A DNA stretch of 54,670 nt, from contig JAACPL010000008.1 of NCBI GenBank assembly GCA_009995495.1, positions 1-54,670 on the forward strand, given 5' to 3'. A program made the position numbers and the translations under genes. The notes under the pieces were generated by a model. That model saw nothing but the letters and a program-made list of their open reading frames with translations, ran no database searches and had not been told where the DNA came from. This stretch comes from Candidatus Falkowbacteria bacterium (GTDB lineage Bacteria > Patescibacteriota > Patescibacteriia > Patescibacteriales > UBA12465). Positions 27,672 through 36,155 of this stretch are shown piece after piece (within the stretch, counting starts at the first letter, position 1; each line of letters starts with the position of its first letter).

Positions 27672-28316
27672 TTATTTAAAAATATCTATAAAAGTTTGGT
27701 AAGTGATAATAGCCCCAAACAAACCAACAATTATCATTACAAGAATAAATGTAATTTTTAAAAGCTTGGGCTAATTTTTTTTCTCAGCATCGTTTCCTGT
27801 TAAAAATTTATTACGGTCTAATAATTTTTCTTTTATACTGCTAAATTCGTTTTCTGGTATAAAGATTGCCATGATTTTTTTAAACCAGCCCTTTTTATAA
27901 GATAAATACATTAAAGAAAAATCGAAAGAACTGTATAACTTATGCATTTCAGCGACTTTATCAAAAGAATAATTATTATCATTAAAAAGAAAATCTATAT
28001 TTTGAGCTTCTCCATTATTTTCTTTTAAAATGATTTGGAGCCTATCTCCAAATAAAATATATTCAGCCTCTCTTTTTTTAAAAAAAAGGAGTAGTATGTA
28101 TTTGGCGTTTTTGTCTATCTTTTGTGAAATAGGAGGATAAATTGAAAATAAAAATAAAAATAAAAATATAAAAGGGATATATATAAGAAAGAGATTCTCA
28201 GAATACATTGATTCTATTCTATCTCCAAAATATATCCATAAAAAAACAAGCAGAAAATAAATTATTATCTTTTGTATTGATATAATATAAACAGGAGCTG
28301 TCCATTTTTTAATCAT
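27672..28316 (-). pseudogene. Hypothetical membrane protein with an internal in-frame amber codon at 27771-27773
   Basis: The 181-aa ORF stops at TAG, but the same frame continues PKLLKITFILVMIIVGLFGAIITYQTFIDIFK* to 27672, 7 nt before the next start. Confidence 0.5.
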
Positions 28317-28325
28317 ATAGTTTTA

Positions 28326-28703
28326 TTATTTTACTAAACCGATACCAACTAAAAAGGGGAAAATTTTATTATCCCAAAAATTAATTAAGGAATTATTTAT
28401 AGAAGCTGACTGATATTTACTCAAACTATCGTTGTTAGGCATAATAACGTTTAAAGAAAAATAAAAAAGAATGTAGCTAATAAATATACCACCTAATAAA
28501 AAAATAATTAACTCTATTCTTTTTCTTTTTGTTAAGCCTTTAAAATCTTTTTGTAATTTTTTAAAATTAAGCCTATAAAAAATTAAAAAATAAAATAAAA
28601 AAATTAATAGCAATAAAGCCGAAAAAACAATGTAAGGGTTTATTCCGATTTTTATAAAATACAAGAAACTTTCTCCAATGTATTTTTCTTTTATATCCTG
28701 CAT
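28326..28703 (-). CDS. Hypothetical membrane protein
   Basis: 125-aa ORF with two TM helices, first of a co-oriented cluster. Confidence 0.6.
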   Translation of the reverse strand: MQDIKEKYIGESFLYFIKIGINPYIVFSALLLLIFLFYFLIFYRLNFKKLQKDFKGLTKRKRIELIIFLLGGIFISYILFYFSLNVIMPNNDSLSKYQSASINNSLINFWDNKIFPFLVGIGLVK

Positions 28704-28746
28704 AAATTATAACTTAATTCCTTCTCCATAATTATACTATAATTAC

Positions 28747-28778
28747 AAAAAGAGCTCCAATTTTCTTGGGGCTCTTTT
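28747..28778 (-). terminator. Intrinsic terminator downstream of the DEAD-box helicase
   Basis: AAAAGAGCTCCAA-TTTTC-TTGGGGCTCTTTT hairpin with A/T tracts. Confidence 0.7.
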
Positions 28779-28976
28779 ATGTTAAGTAAATATTAATAGA
28801 AATTACAACTTTATGTGCTAAGAAAAGGTATATTTGAAAATTTATTGTGTCACTGGAGGTAAAGATGTTGGTGGCTGAACTGATGTTGAAGAAGGTAATG
28901 TAGGCTGTTTATTAATTTCTTATATAAATTATCCACAATTTATAATATATCATTTTAGCTATAATATGTAAATGAT

Positions 28977-30332
28977 TTATCTATTTCTAGAACGAGCCCC
29001 ACCTCTTCCGCCTTGAGCGCCACCTCTAGAGCTTGTTCTTGAAGAACCAAATCTTCTCTTAGAAGAGAAAACTTTATGAGTTCTATATTCAACTTTTCTA
29101 ACCTCTTCGCCTTGGGCGCTTTTAGAAAAGTCGGTTTTTTTAATTTCTTGATTGATTAAGCGTTCAATATTAGCAATCTCACGACCCTGATTAGGAGCGG
29201 CAAAAGTTATAGCTTTACCGAACAAATCGGCTCTACCAGTTCTACCAATACGGTGGACATAATCTTCGCGATTCTCAGGTAAATGATAGTTAACAACTAA
29301 TTCAATTCCCTTAATATCAAGTCCACGAGCGGCAACGTCAGTCGCAACTAAAATTCTGGCCCGACCACTTTTAAAATCAAGTAAGGCATTTTTTCTTCTT
29401 GATAAAGATAAGTTTGAGTGAATTTCAACGGCTTTATATTTTAATGATTGTAATTTTTCAGTTAAACCCATAACGCCGTAACGAGTCCGAACAAAGACTA
29501 AAACCGAGCCTTTATACTCTGCTAAAGCTTTAAGTAAATAATCAAGTCTATCCTCATTTTTTATGATAAAGATTTCTTGGTCAACCTGAGAGGCTGCTGT
29601 GCCCTGAGGCGCAACTTCAATGCTAATTGGTATTTTCATAAATTCCTGAGCCAAACTAACGATGGCGGGCGGCATGGTAGCTGAGAAAAGCATTGTCTGT
29701 CTATCTTTAGGAACCTGCTTAATAATTTCTTTAATTTGAGGCATAAAACCCATATCAAGCATCATATCAGCTTCATCTAAAATCAAAGTATTAAATTCAT
29801 TTAATTTTAGGGTTCGACGGCGTAAATGGTCTAAAAGTCTGCCTGGAGTACCAATAATAATATGTGGTTTACGGCGCAGAGAAAAAAGTTGGCGATCAAA
29901 ATTATCACCACCAATAATTAATGTCGTTTTTAGGCCGATTTGAGAGCCAATTTCCTTTAAGCTTTCCTCAACTTGGGCTGCTAGTTCACGAGTCGGAGCA
30001 ATTACTAAGGCCTGTTTTTTCGTTTTTCCAATTCTATTAATAGCCGGGATACCAAAAGCAAAGGTCTTACCGGTTCCAGTTTGAGCCACACCAATTAAAT
30101 CCTCACCATTTAAAGCGGGTGGAATTGCTTTAACCTGAATTGGTGTTGGTGTTTCTAAACCAAGTTTAGCCAAAACATTAAGAATTGACTCAGGAATACC
30201 TAAATCAGCAAAAGTTGGATTTTCGCTATTTTTAGCCTTAGGCTCTTTAATTGAGGTTTTAACTTCCCTCTTTTTAAGTGTTTTTTTAGCTTCAGGCGCA
30301 GCCTTAAAGTCGATGTTTTTGTTGTTTTTCAT
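28977..30332 (-). CDS. DEAD-box RNA helicase (RhlE/CshA-like)
   Basis: Q motif PTPIQ, AQTGTGKT, PTRELA, TPGRL, DEAD, SAT, ARGLD, HRIGRTGR, RG-rich tail; likely start MKNN at 30332. Confidence 0.95.
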   Translation of the reverse strand: MKNNKNIDFKAAPEAKKTLKKREVKTSIKEPKAKNSENPTFADLGIPESILNVLAKLGLETPTPIQVKAIPPALNGEDLIGVAQTGTGKTFAFGIPAINRIGKTKKQALVIAPTRELAAQVEESLKEIGSQIGLKTTLIIGGDNFDRQLFSLRRKPHIIIGTPGRLLDHLRRRTLKLNEFNTLILDEADMMLDMGFMPQIKEIIKQVPKDRQTMLFSATMPPAIVSLAQEFMKIPISIEVAPQGTAASQVDQEIFIIKNEDRLDYLLKALAEYKGSVLVFVRTRYGVMGLTEKLQSLKYKAVEIHSNLSLSRRKNALLDFKSGRARILVATDVAARGLDIKGIELVVNYHLPENREDYVHRIGRTGRADLFGKAITFAAPNQGREIANIERLINQEIKKTDFSKSAQGEEVRKVEYRTHKVFSSKRRFGSSRTSSRGGAQGGRGGARSRNR

Positions 30333-30412
30333 AAATAAAAAATAAGTGACCCGATATCTTCTGGTCACCTAATTTTTATGACGAAGTTTGAGTCTGTTTG
30401 TATTATCTGAGG

Positions 30413-30441
30413 ATAATATCACAGTTTTTTTGAAAAGTCAA
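30413..30441 (-). promoter_or_regulatory. Sigma70-type promoter of the DEAD helicase
   Basis: Minus strand TTGACT-17 nt-TATTAT with TG extension. Confidence 0.7.
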
Positions 30442-30456
30442 GCAAGGGAAAATCCT

Positions 30457-30486
30457 CCTGTTACCTATTCCCTTTATTTTCGTTTA
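30457..30486 (+). promoter_or_regulatory. Putative ECF-sigma promoter (autoregulatory)
   Basis: CC-TGTTAC-N16-CGTTTA, 52 nt upstream of the ECF sigma start; same motif and spacing at 47148-47177. Confidence 0.7.
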
Positions 30487-30538
30487 GTCTTATAGGTGCT
30501 ATAATATTACAACCATTAAAATTCTTAAGAAATTTCTT

Positions 30539-31108
30539 ATGCGCGACGAGGACTTAGAAATCGTTAAGGCTTTCCAAGCTGGAGCCAAGGATGATTTTAT
30601 TAAGCTTTATGATAAATATCTAAAGCAAATTTATAATTTCATTTACTACAAAACTTCGCACAGAGAGACGGCTGAAGACTTAACGAGCCAAACCTTTCTC
30701 AAGGCTTTAAATAACTTAGAAACTTTCCGCTTCCAAGACGACGCCTCTTTCTCGGCTTGGTTATTCACAATCGCCCGCAATAATGTTAGCGACTATTACC
30801 GCTCTTATAAAAATATAAAGGATATAGATGATGTTTGGGATTTGGCTGGTGATGAAGATATTAGTCTTGATTATGAATTTAAAGAACGATCGGCTTGGCT
30901 AAGAAAATATTTAAAAGAACTAAGTAGCGCTCAAAGAGAAATTATAATCTTAAGAGTTTTCCAGGATTTAAGCTATAAAGAAATTTCCAAAATTAATGGT
31001 AAGAATGAGAATGCTTCTAAGATGGAGTTTTCAAGAGCTTTAAAAACCTTAAAAGAGAAAATGCCTTTAGAGGCTTTGGTGATGTTGTTATTTTTGCTTC
31101 GAGGCTAG
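30539..31108 (+). CDS. ECF-family RNA polymerase sigma factor
   Basis: Region 2 AEDLTSQTFLKA, FSAWLFTIARN; region 4 LSSAQREIIILRVFQDLSYKEIS. Confidence 0.92.
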   Translation: MRDEDLEIVKAFQAGAKDDFIKLYDKYLKQIYNFIYYKTSHRETAEDLTSQTFLKALNNLETFRFQDDASFSAWLFTIARNNVSDYYRSYKNIKDIDDVWDLAGDEDISLDYEFKERSAWLRKYLKELSSAQREIIILRVFQDLSYKEISKINGKNENASKMEFSRALKTLKEKMPLEALVMLLFLLRG

Positions 31109-31192
31109 AGTAAGGCTAGGGTTCGGAATTTAAAGCTTTAGCTTAGCTCTGAAAGCTGAAAAAGCTAAATTTAAAAAATAATTATTAAAAAT

Positions 31193-32869
31193 ATGAATAA
31201 CATAAACGAGCTTGAATTAAAAGCAGAAAAAATAATCACTGATTTATTAGAGCTTGATAATAGTTTAAAGCCGCTGGAGTCGGAATTAAGAAAGTTAGTG
31301 GCCGAATTTATTAAAAATAAACCCGAGCCCCTACTTAGTCAAAGATTTGAGACCGAACTTAAATCGGTTTTAGTAGAAAAAATTAAAGAATTAAAAAATG
31401 AAAATATGCAAGAAAAAAATATTTTTAGTCAAGGAGTTTTATTTAAAAAATTAGCCTTCTCTTTTGGCTCTATTATTTTAGCGCTAATTATTATCCTGCC
31501 AACTGTTAATTTTCTAAAAAATAAAAATCTTAATAATGAACCAGGCCTTACTCAATCTGAAGACGGGATAAAAATTACTCGTCTTGATGATAAAGCTTTC
31601 GGAGAAATAAATTTTCAAAATAATGTTGATGGGGCTCAAGAAAATTTTGTTAAACCAATGATGGCGACTGGCTTTGGGTCAGGATCTGAAATTACTACTA
31701 GAGAATCTTATGAGGGAGAAACTTATTTAATTGATGCTTCTACAACTGTTAGTAATGATCAAGCGGTATCAGTTAGTCCGGTAGCAACTAAAGTAGTTTC
31801 CGGCATGGGCTCAGCTAGTCCAGCGGGAATGGGAGGTTTTGATGGCAATATAGGAATTATGCCTGATTTTGAATATCCAAATTTTTCCTATGTTTATGAG
31901 GGCGATGATTTAACTGAGTTTGTAGTCGGACTTGATAAGGTTGATGTTTATAAAAGAGCTAAGAGTGAATATAGCAATCCCAGTTTTTTAAATTTCATTA
32001 CTAATTTAGGTAGTGATTTAATTGATTTAAAAAAGTTTAACAATAGCAATACTAAAGTTTCTTATTTTAGCATCAACGAGGAAAAAGAATTTGGTTATGT
32101 TCTAAGTTTCGACTCTAATAGTGGCGGAGTTTCTATATACCAAAATTGGCAATACTGGCCACAGCCGGCTAATGACTGTCGTGATGAAGCTTGTTTTGCT
32201 AGATATCGTTTTAACTACAGTGATTTAATTAGTAATGAAGAGGCAATTTTAATCGCCGAAAATTTCTTGAATGATTTTGGTATCGACCAAAGTGCTTATG
32301 GCAAAGCGGTGGTTAATTATAATTTCCACGAAATTTATCAGGCTAGCGCCGATAAAACTTCATTATATGTACCAGAGGAAACCACGATAATCTTCCCTAT
32401 TTTAATTGAGGGAAAAGAAGTAAAGGATCAGGGTGGTCAAGCATACGGTCTTTATGTAAATATTAATTCCAGACATAAAAAGGTTAGTGGTTTAAATAAC
32501 CTTTTACCAAATCGTTATGAAGTTTCGGCTTACGAGGCTTTTAATGACGCGGAAGAAATAAAAAAAATAGCCGAACAGGGCGGTTTAAATTTCTATAAAG
32601 ATCCCTACGCCACTAAAGAAATTCAAGTTTATTTAGGAACTCCGAGCTTAATTTTATCACAACAATTTCAATATGGAGAAAATTATGAATATAATAGAGA
32701 GTTGTTTGTTCCGGCTCTGTCCTTCCCAGTTCTAAGACTATCTGAGGAAACTCAATTTTTCTATAAAAAAAATGTTGTTATTCCTTTGATTAAAGATTTA
32801 ATTAATCAAAATAACCGGGGTGGCGGAATTGAGATTATGCCTTATCCGGTGGTAGATATGGCGAGGTAA
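31193..32869 (+). CDS. Single-pass membrane protein, putative anti-sigma factor with large ectodomain
   Basis: Directly downstream of the ECF sigma; about 85-aa cytoplasmic helical N-terminus (PEPLLSQRFETELKS), one TM, large C-terminal domain. Confidence 0.65.
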   Translation: MNNINELELKAEKIITDLLELDNSLKPLESELRKLVAEFIKNKPEPLLSQRFETELKSVLVEKIKELKNENMQEKNIFSQGVLFKKLAFSFGSIILALIIILPTVNFLKNKNLNNEPGLTQSEDGIKITRLDDKAFGEINFQNNVDGAQENFVKPMMATGFGSGSEITTRESYEGETYLIDASTTVSNDQAVSVSPVATKVVSGMGSASPAGMGGFDGNIGIMPDFEYPNFSYVYEGDDLTEFVVGLDKVDVYKRAKSEYSNPSFLNFITNLGSDLIDLKKFNNSNTKVSYFSINEEKEFGYVLSFDSNSGGVSIYQNWQYWPQPANDCRDEACFARYRFNYSDLISNEEAILIAENFLNDFGIDQSAYGKAVVNYNFHEIYQASADKTSLYVPEETTIIFPILIEGKEVKDQGGQAYGLYVNINSRHKKVSGLNNLLPNRYEVSAYEAFNDAEEIKKIAEQGGLNFYKDPYATKEIQVYLGTPSLILSQQFQYGENYEYNRELFVPALSFPVLRLSEETQFFYKKNVVIPLIKDLINQNNRGGGIEIMPYPVVDMAR

Positions 32870-32891
32870 AAACTTATTCGCCGGCAAAAAC

Positions 32892-32920
32892 TTGACTTTT
32901 TTTTGAAAGTGTGATATAAT
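32892..32920 (+). promoter_or_regulatory. Near-consensus sigma70 promoter
   Basis: TTGACT-17 nt-TATAAT with TG extension. Confidence 0.75.
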
Positions 32921-32960
32921 ATATCTATTCTGTCTCTCTCGTTCTGACTCAAATGACTAT

Positions 32961-33161
32961 ATGTTCTTTGAGTCTTTTTTGTTGTATTTTTCATGGCTTT
33001 ATTATACGGCCATAGTGCTGCACTTCAAAACGGAATTTTCCTCGGGTTTCCCTTGGACGAGCAAAAAAGAGCAGGCTGATACCTTGGAACAAGTTTGGGA
33101 AAAGGTAGACTTTGAAGATTTAAAATGCTACATCCCCTTAAAGGAGTACTTCGAGGTGTAA
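32961..33161 (+). CDS. Small hypothetical ORF, 66 aa (uncertain)
   Basis: Lies between a strong promoter and a terminator, but its ATG is inside a hairpin and I recognise no homology. Confidence 0.35.
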   Translation: MFFESFLLYFSWLYYTAIVLHFKTEFSSGFPWTSKKEQADTLEQVWEKVDFEDLKCYIPLKEYFEV

Positions 33162-33175
33162 AAACTAACCACAAA

Positions 33176-33215
33176 AAAAATAAGCTTCTAATAAAATAGA
33201 AGCTTTTTTATTTTT
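33176..33215 (+). terminator. Intrinsic terminator
   Basis: AAGCTTCTA-ATAAAA-TAGAAGCTT flanked by A and T tracts. Confidence 0.75.
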
Positions 33216-33266
33216 AACTAGTTTAATAATTAAATATATAGACTTTAAATTTATAAGCCATTATTC

Positions 33267-33585
33267 CTCTTATCCTGATTCGGATGAGAGCTTTATTTTT
33301 TCGCTAGGGATTTTTTATAAAAAAAATCCCATTCGCTCAAAAACAAACTCTCGCTCCTCATCAACTAAGTAATTTATCCGCCTTCGCTAAAGCTACGGCG
33401 GACAAGTTGGCTGGCGACTAAAAGCTTATTTAATAAGATGTTTGACGCCAGGAACTTCTTTTAATCTCAGTTCAAATACGAAAGTGATTTAGGAGCGCCT
33501 GTAATTTTGTGGATTGGAGTTTAAGCCTTGCTCAAGCTCCATATTCAAAAATTACCGGAGCGGAGAAATTACTTTCGTATTTGAA
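33267..33585. repeat. Cluster of inverted repeats / long hairpins (structured non-coding element)
   Basis: Hairpins at 33267-33290, 33286-33352, 33377-33402, 33411-33451 and 33471-33585 (20-bp arms, 19/20 complementary). Confidence 0.75.
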
Positions 33586-33655
33586 GCGTTGCTAGCAAAA
33601 TAAAATTATCTTAAAATAATAAATTATAAAAGCTATAATTTATTACTTTCAATTT

Positions 33656-34126
33656 CTATTTGACCTTAGTTTTGGTTTTGGTTTTTTTAACTTTAACTTT
33701 AGCCTTAACTTTTTTAAGAACAGGCTTTTTCTTCCCCTTCTTCCCCTTCTTCTCCTCCTCCATCTCATAATTCTCAATCGCTTTTTTAAGGCCCTGAACT
33801 GCCATCACTGAGCAATGAACTTTTTGAGTTGGTAAACCGCCAAGCTCGCTCACAATTTTTTGCCAAGGATATTTTTTCGCCGCTATAACCGTCATGCCTT
33901 TAACCTTCTCCGTTAAAATTGAGGCAGTCGCAATATTAGAAGCGCAACCAAAAGACAAAAACTTAACATCCTTAATCTTCCCTTTCTCAACTTTAAGAAA
34001 AAAATCAAGCTGATCACCGCAAGTCATATTTCCGACTTGAGCATAACCGTCAGGATTAGAAATTTTACCAATATTTTTTGGTTTTAAAAAGTTGTCTAGA
34101 GTTTTTTTAGTATAATTTAGAGCCAT
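33656..34126 (-). CDS. iscU: Fe-S cluster scaffold IscU/NifU-N with Lys-rich tail
   Basis: GNMTCGD, FGCASNIA, KVHCS three-Cys pattern; downstream of the cysteine desulfurase. Confidence 0.9.
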   Translation of the reverse strand: MALNYTKKTLDNFLKPKNIGKISNPDGYAQVGNMTCGDQLDFFLKVEKGKIKDVKFLSFGCASNIATASILTEKVKGMTVIAAKKYPWQKIVSELGGLPTQKVHCSVMAVQGLKKAIENYEMEEEKKGKKGKKKPVLKKVKAKVKVKKTKTKTKVK

Positions 34127-34137
34127 ATATAAATATT

Positions 34138-35325
34138 TTATTTTTTAGTTTTTGATTTAGACTTAGCAGGAGTTTTAACCGGAGAAAAACTTCTTAAACG
34201 CGCGACCGTTTCTTTAAGGGCTTTAATCGTATAGTCAATTTCTTTTTTAGTATTATATTTTCCTAGGGAAAAACGGATATTGCTATTTAAATTATAAGCT
34301 TCAAGACCAATCGCTCGAAGAACATAGGAGCTTTTTAAATTTGAAGCCGAGCAAGCCGATCCGGTAGAAACAGAAATTCCTTTATAGGCTAAGTCCATTA
34401 AAATTGCCTCGCCCTCAATTGAGCCAAACATAATATTTAAGTTGGCGGGCACTCTTGATTTTAAACAACCATTAACTTTTAGGCCTTTAATTTCTTTATT
34501 TAAAGAACGCCAAAGATAATCTCTTAGAGTTCTAACATTTTTTAAATAACTTGATCGTTCTTTATAAGCAATTTTTAAAGCTTCGGCTAAACCAATTATA
34601 CCCGGAAGATTATGCGTTCCCGCTCTATGATTTTCTTCCTGTCCGCCGCCAACTATTTGCGCTTTAATCTTAAGTCCCGGTTTAATATAGGCTAAGCCAA
34701 CTCCTTTCGGTCCATTAAATTTATGAGCCGATAAACTAAAAAAATCTAAGCCCATTTTTTCCGCTTCTATTTTTAAGTATGGAATTGCTTGAACTATATC
34801 GCTATGAAAATAAGCGCCGAACTTATGGGTAATTTTAGCTAGAGTCGTAATGTCATTTATCGTGCCAATTTCATTATTAACCGCCATAACGGAGACGAGC
34901 AAAACCTTATCATCAATTTTTTTCTCAAGTTCAGAACTTTCAATAATTCCTCTTTTATTCGCTTTTAAATAATCTAATTCAAAACCTTCGTCCGCTAATT
35001 CGCGCGCCGCTTCTAAAACAGCCGGATGTTCAAGTTCAGAAACTAAAATTTTATTTTTTTGACTTGTTCTATTAGCCCGCGCAAAACCTTTGATTATTAA
35101 ATTATTGGCCTCAGTCGCGCTCGCAGTAAAAATAATTCCTCTCGTTTGGGCGCCTAAAATTTCTGCAACTTCGTTTCTCGCCTTTTCTAAAGCAAGATAA
35201 AGGGCTTGACCTTCTAAATGGATTGAGGAAGGATTAGCGTATTTATCAAGCAAATAAGGCTTCATCGCCGCAAAAACGCGCGAGTCAAGTTTGGTTGTGG
35301 CTGAATTATCAAGATAAACTTTCAT
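34138..35325 (-). CDS. iscS: Cysteine desulfurase IscS/NifS
   Basis: YLDNSATT, ANPSSIH, SAHKFNGPKG (PLP Lys), STGSACS (catalytic Cys). Confidence 0.95.
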   Translation of the reverse strand: MKVYLDNSATTKLDSRVFAAMKPYLLDKYANPSSIHLEGQALYLALEKARNEVAEILGAQTRGIIFTASATEANNLIIKGFARANRTSQKNKILVSELEHPAVLEAARELADEGFELDYLKANKRGIIESSELEKKIDDKVLLVSVMAVNNEIGTINDITTLAKITHKFGAYFHSDIVQAIPYLKIEAEKMGLDFFSLSAHKFNGPKGVGLAYIKPGLKIKAQIVGGGQEENHRAGTHNLPGIIGLAEALKIAYKERSSYLKNVRTLRDYLWRSLNKEIKGLKVNGCLKSRVPANLNIMFGSIEGEAILMDLAYKGISVSTGSACSASNLKSSYVLRAIGLEAYNLNSNIRFSLGKYNTKKEIDYTIKALKETVARLRSFSPVKTPAKSKSKTKK

Positions 35326-35328
35326 AAC

Positions 35329-36144
35329 TTATTTCAATAATTCAATCTCTAAAATAACGATGTCGCTTAATGGTAAGTCACGCGCATTAGTATCAGCCGC
35401 TTCCATTTTTTTAACCACATCCATCCCAGAAACAACTTGACCAAAATTTGTATGATTTCCATCTAACCAAGGAGTTGCCTCAGCAGTAACAATAAAAAAT
35501 TGTGAACCATTAGTATTTTTTCCGGCATTAGCCATCGCCAAAGAACCGGCAACTAATTTATGATTATTGATTTCATCGGCAAAAGTATAGCCTGGTCCGC
35601 CAGTTCCATAAAGCATGGTATTATCTTCTTTAGTTAAAGGATCGCCAGCTTGAATCATAAAATCTTTAATAATGCGGTGGAACTTAACGCCATTATAAAA
35701 TCCAGCTTGAGCTAAATTCATAAAGTTATTAACTGTCTTTGGCGAATCGCTATTATAAAACTTAACTTCAATCGTGCCTAAATTAGTTTTAATTTTCGCT
35801 TTACTATAAATACTAACTAAATCGCTAAAATTTTCTGGTTTGGTCATATCTTTTTTTTGAGAAACTTCAACTTTAGAAGTTTCTTCTTTTAAATTAATTA
35901 AATTAGCTTCTTCTAACTCTAAATTATTATTTTTTTCTAATTCTTCTAACATGGTATTAAAATCTTCTTCGGAAATTTCTAATACTTCTTCCTGACTTAA
36001 ACTTGTTTCACTTAAATTATCGTTTCCAGTTTCTAACTCTTGATTAAGTGTTTTTTTCTCACCCCCAGAACAACCCGATAGAACAAGAGCAATAATAAAA
36101 ACTAAAACTGGCAATAGAAATTTTTTATTTTTTAAATTCATCAT
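35329..36144 (-). CDS. Cyclophilin-type peptidyl-prolyl isomerase, lipoprotein
   Basis: Lipobox LSGC; FHRIIKDFMIQAGDP, AMANAG, GSQFFI, WLDGNHTNFG. Confidence 0.93.
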   Translation of the reverse strand: MMNLKNKKFLLPVLVFIIALVLSGCSGGEKKTLNQELETGNDNLSETSLSQEEVLEISEEDFNTMLEELEKNNNLELEEANLINLKEETSKVEVSQKKDMTKPENFSDLVSIYSKAKIKTNLGTIEVKFYNSDSPKTVNNFMNLAQAGFYNGVKFHRIIKDFMIQAGDPLTKEDNTMLYGTGGPGYTFADEINNHKLVAGSLAMANAGKNTNGSQFFIVTAEATPWLDGNHTNFGQVVSGMDVVKKMEAADTNARDLPLSDIVILEIELLK

Positions 36145-36155
36145 ATATTTATAAT

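Noticed and set aside
28842-28919. Pro/Thr-rich frame EINKQPTLPSSTSVQPPTSLPPVTQ* on the minus strand
   Set aside because: No in-frame start (preceded by TAA); at best a gene scrap, so not called as a feature
28929-28937. Perfect DnaA box TTATCCACA in an intergenic region
   Set aside because: Single copy, no box cluster or dnaA/dnaN nearby; not enough for oriC
31110-31170. AAGCT/TAGCT-rich stretch between ECF sigma and the anti-sigma candidate
   Set aside because: Short, irregular and low complexity; no consistent period or stable stem
33240-33650. CRISPR array, tRNA, tmRNA, SRP or RNase P in the long intergenic region
   Set aside because: No regularly spaced direct repeats, cloverleaf or family signature sequences found by eye
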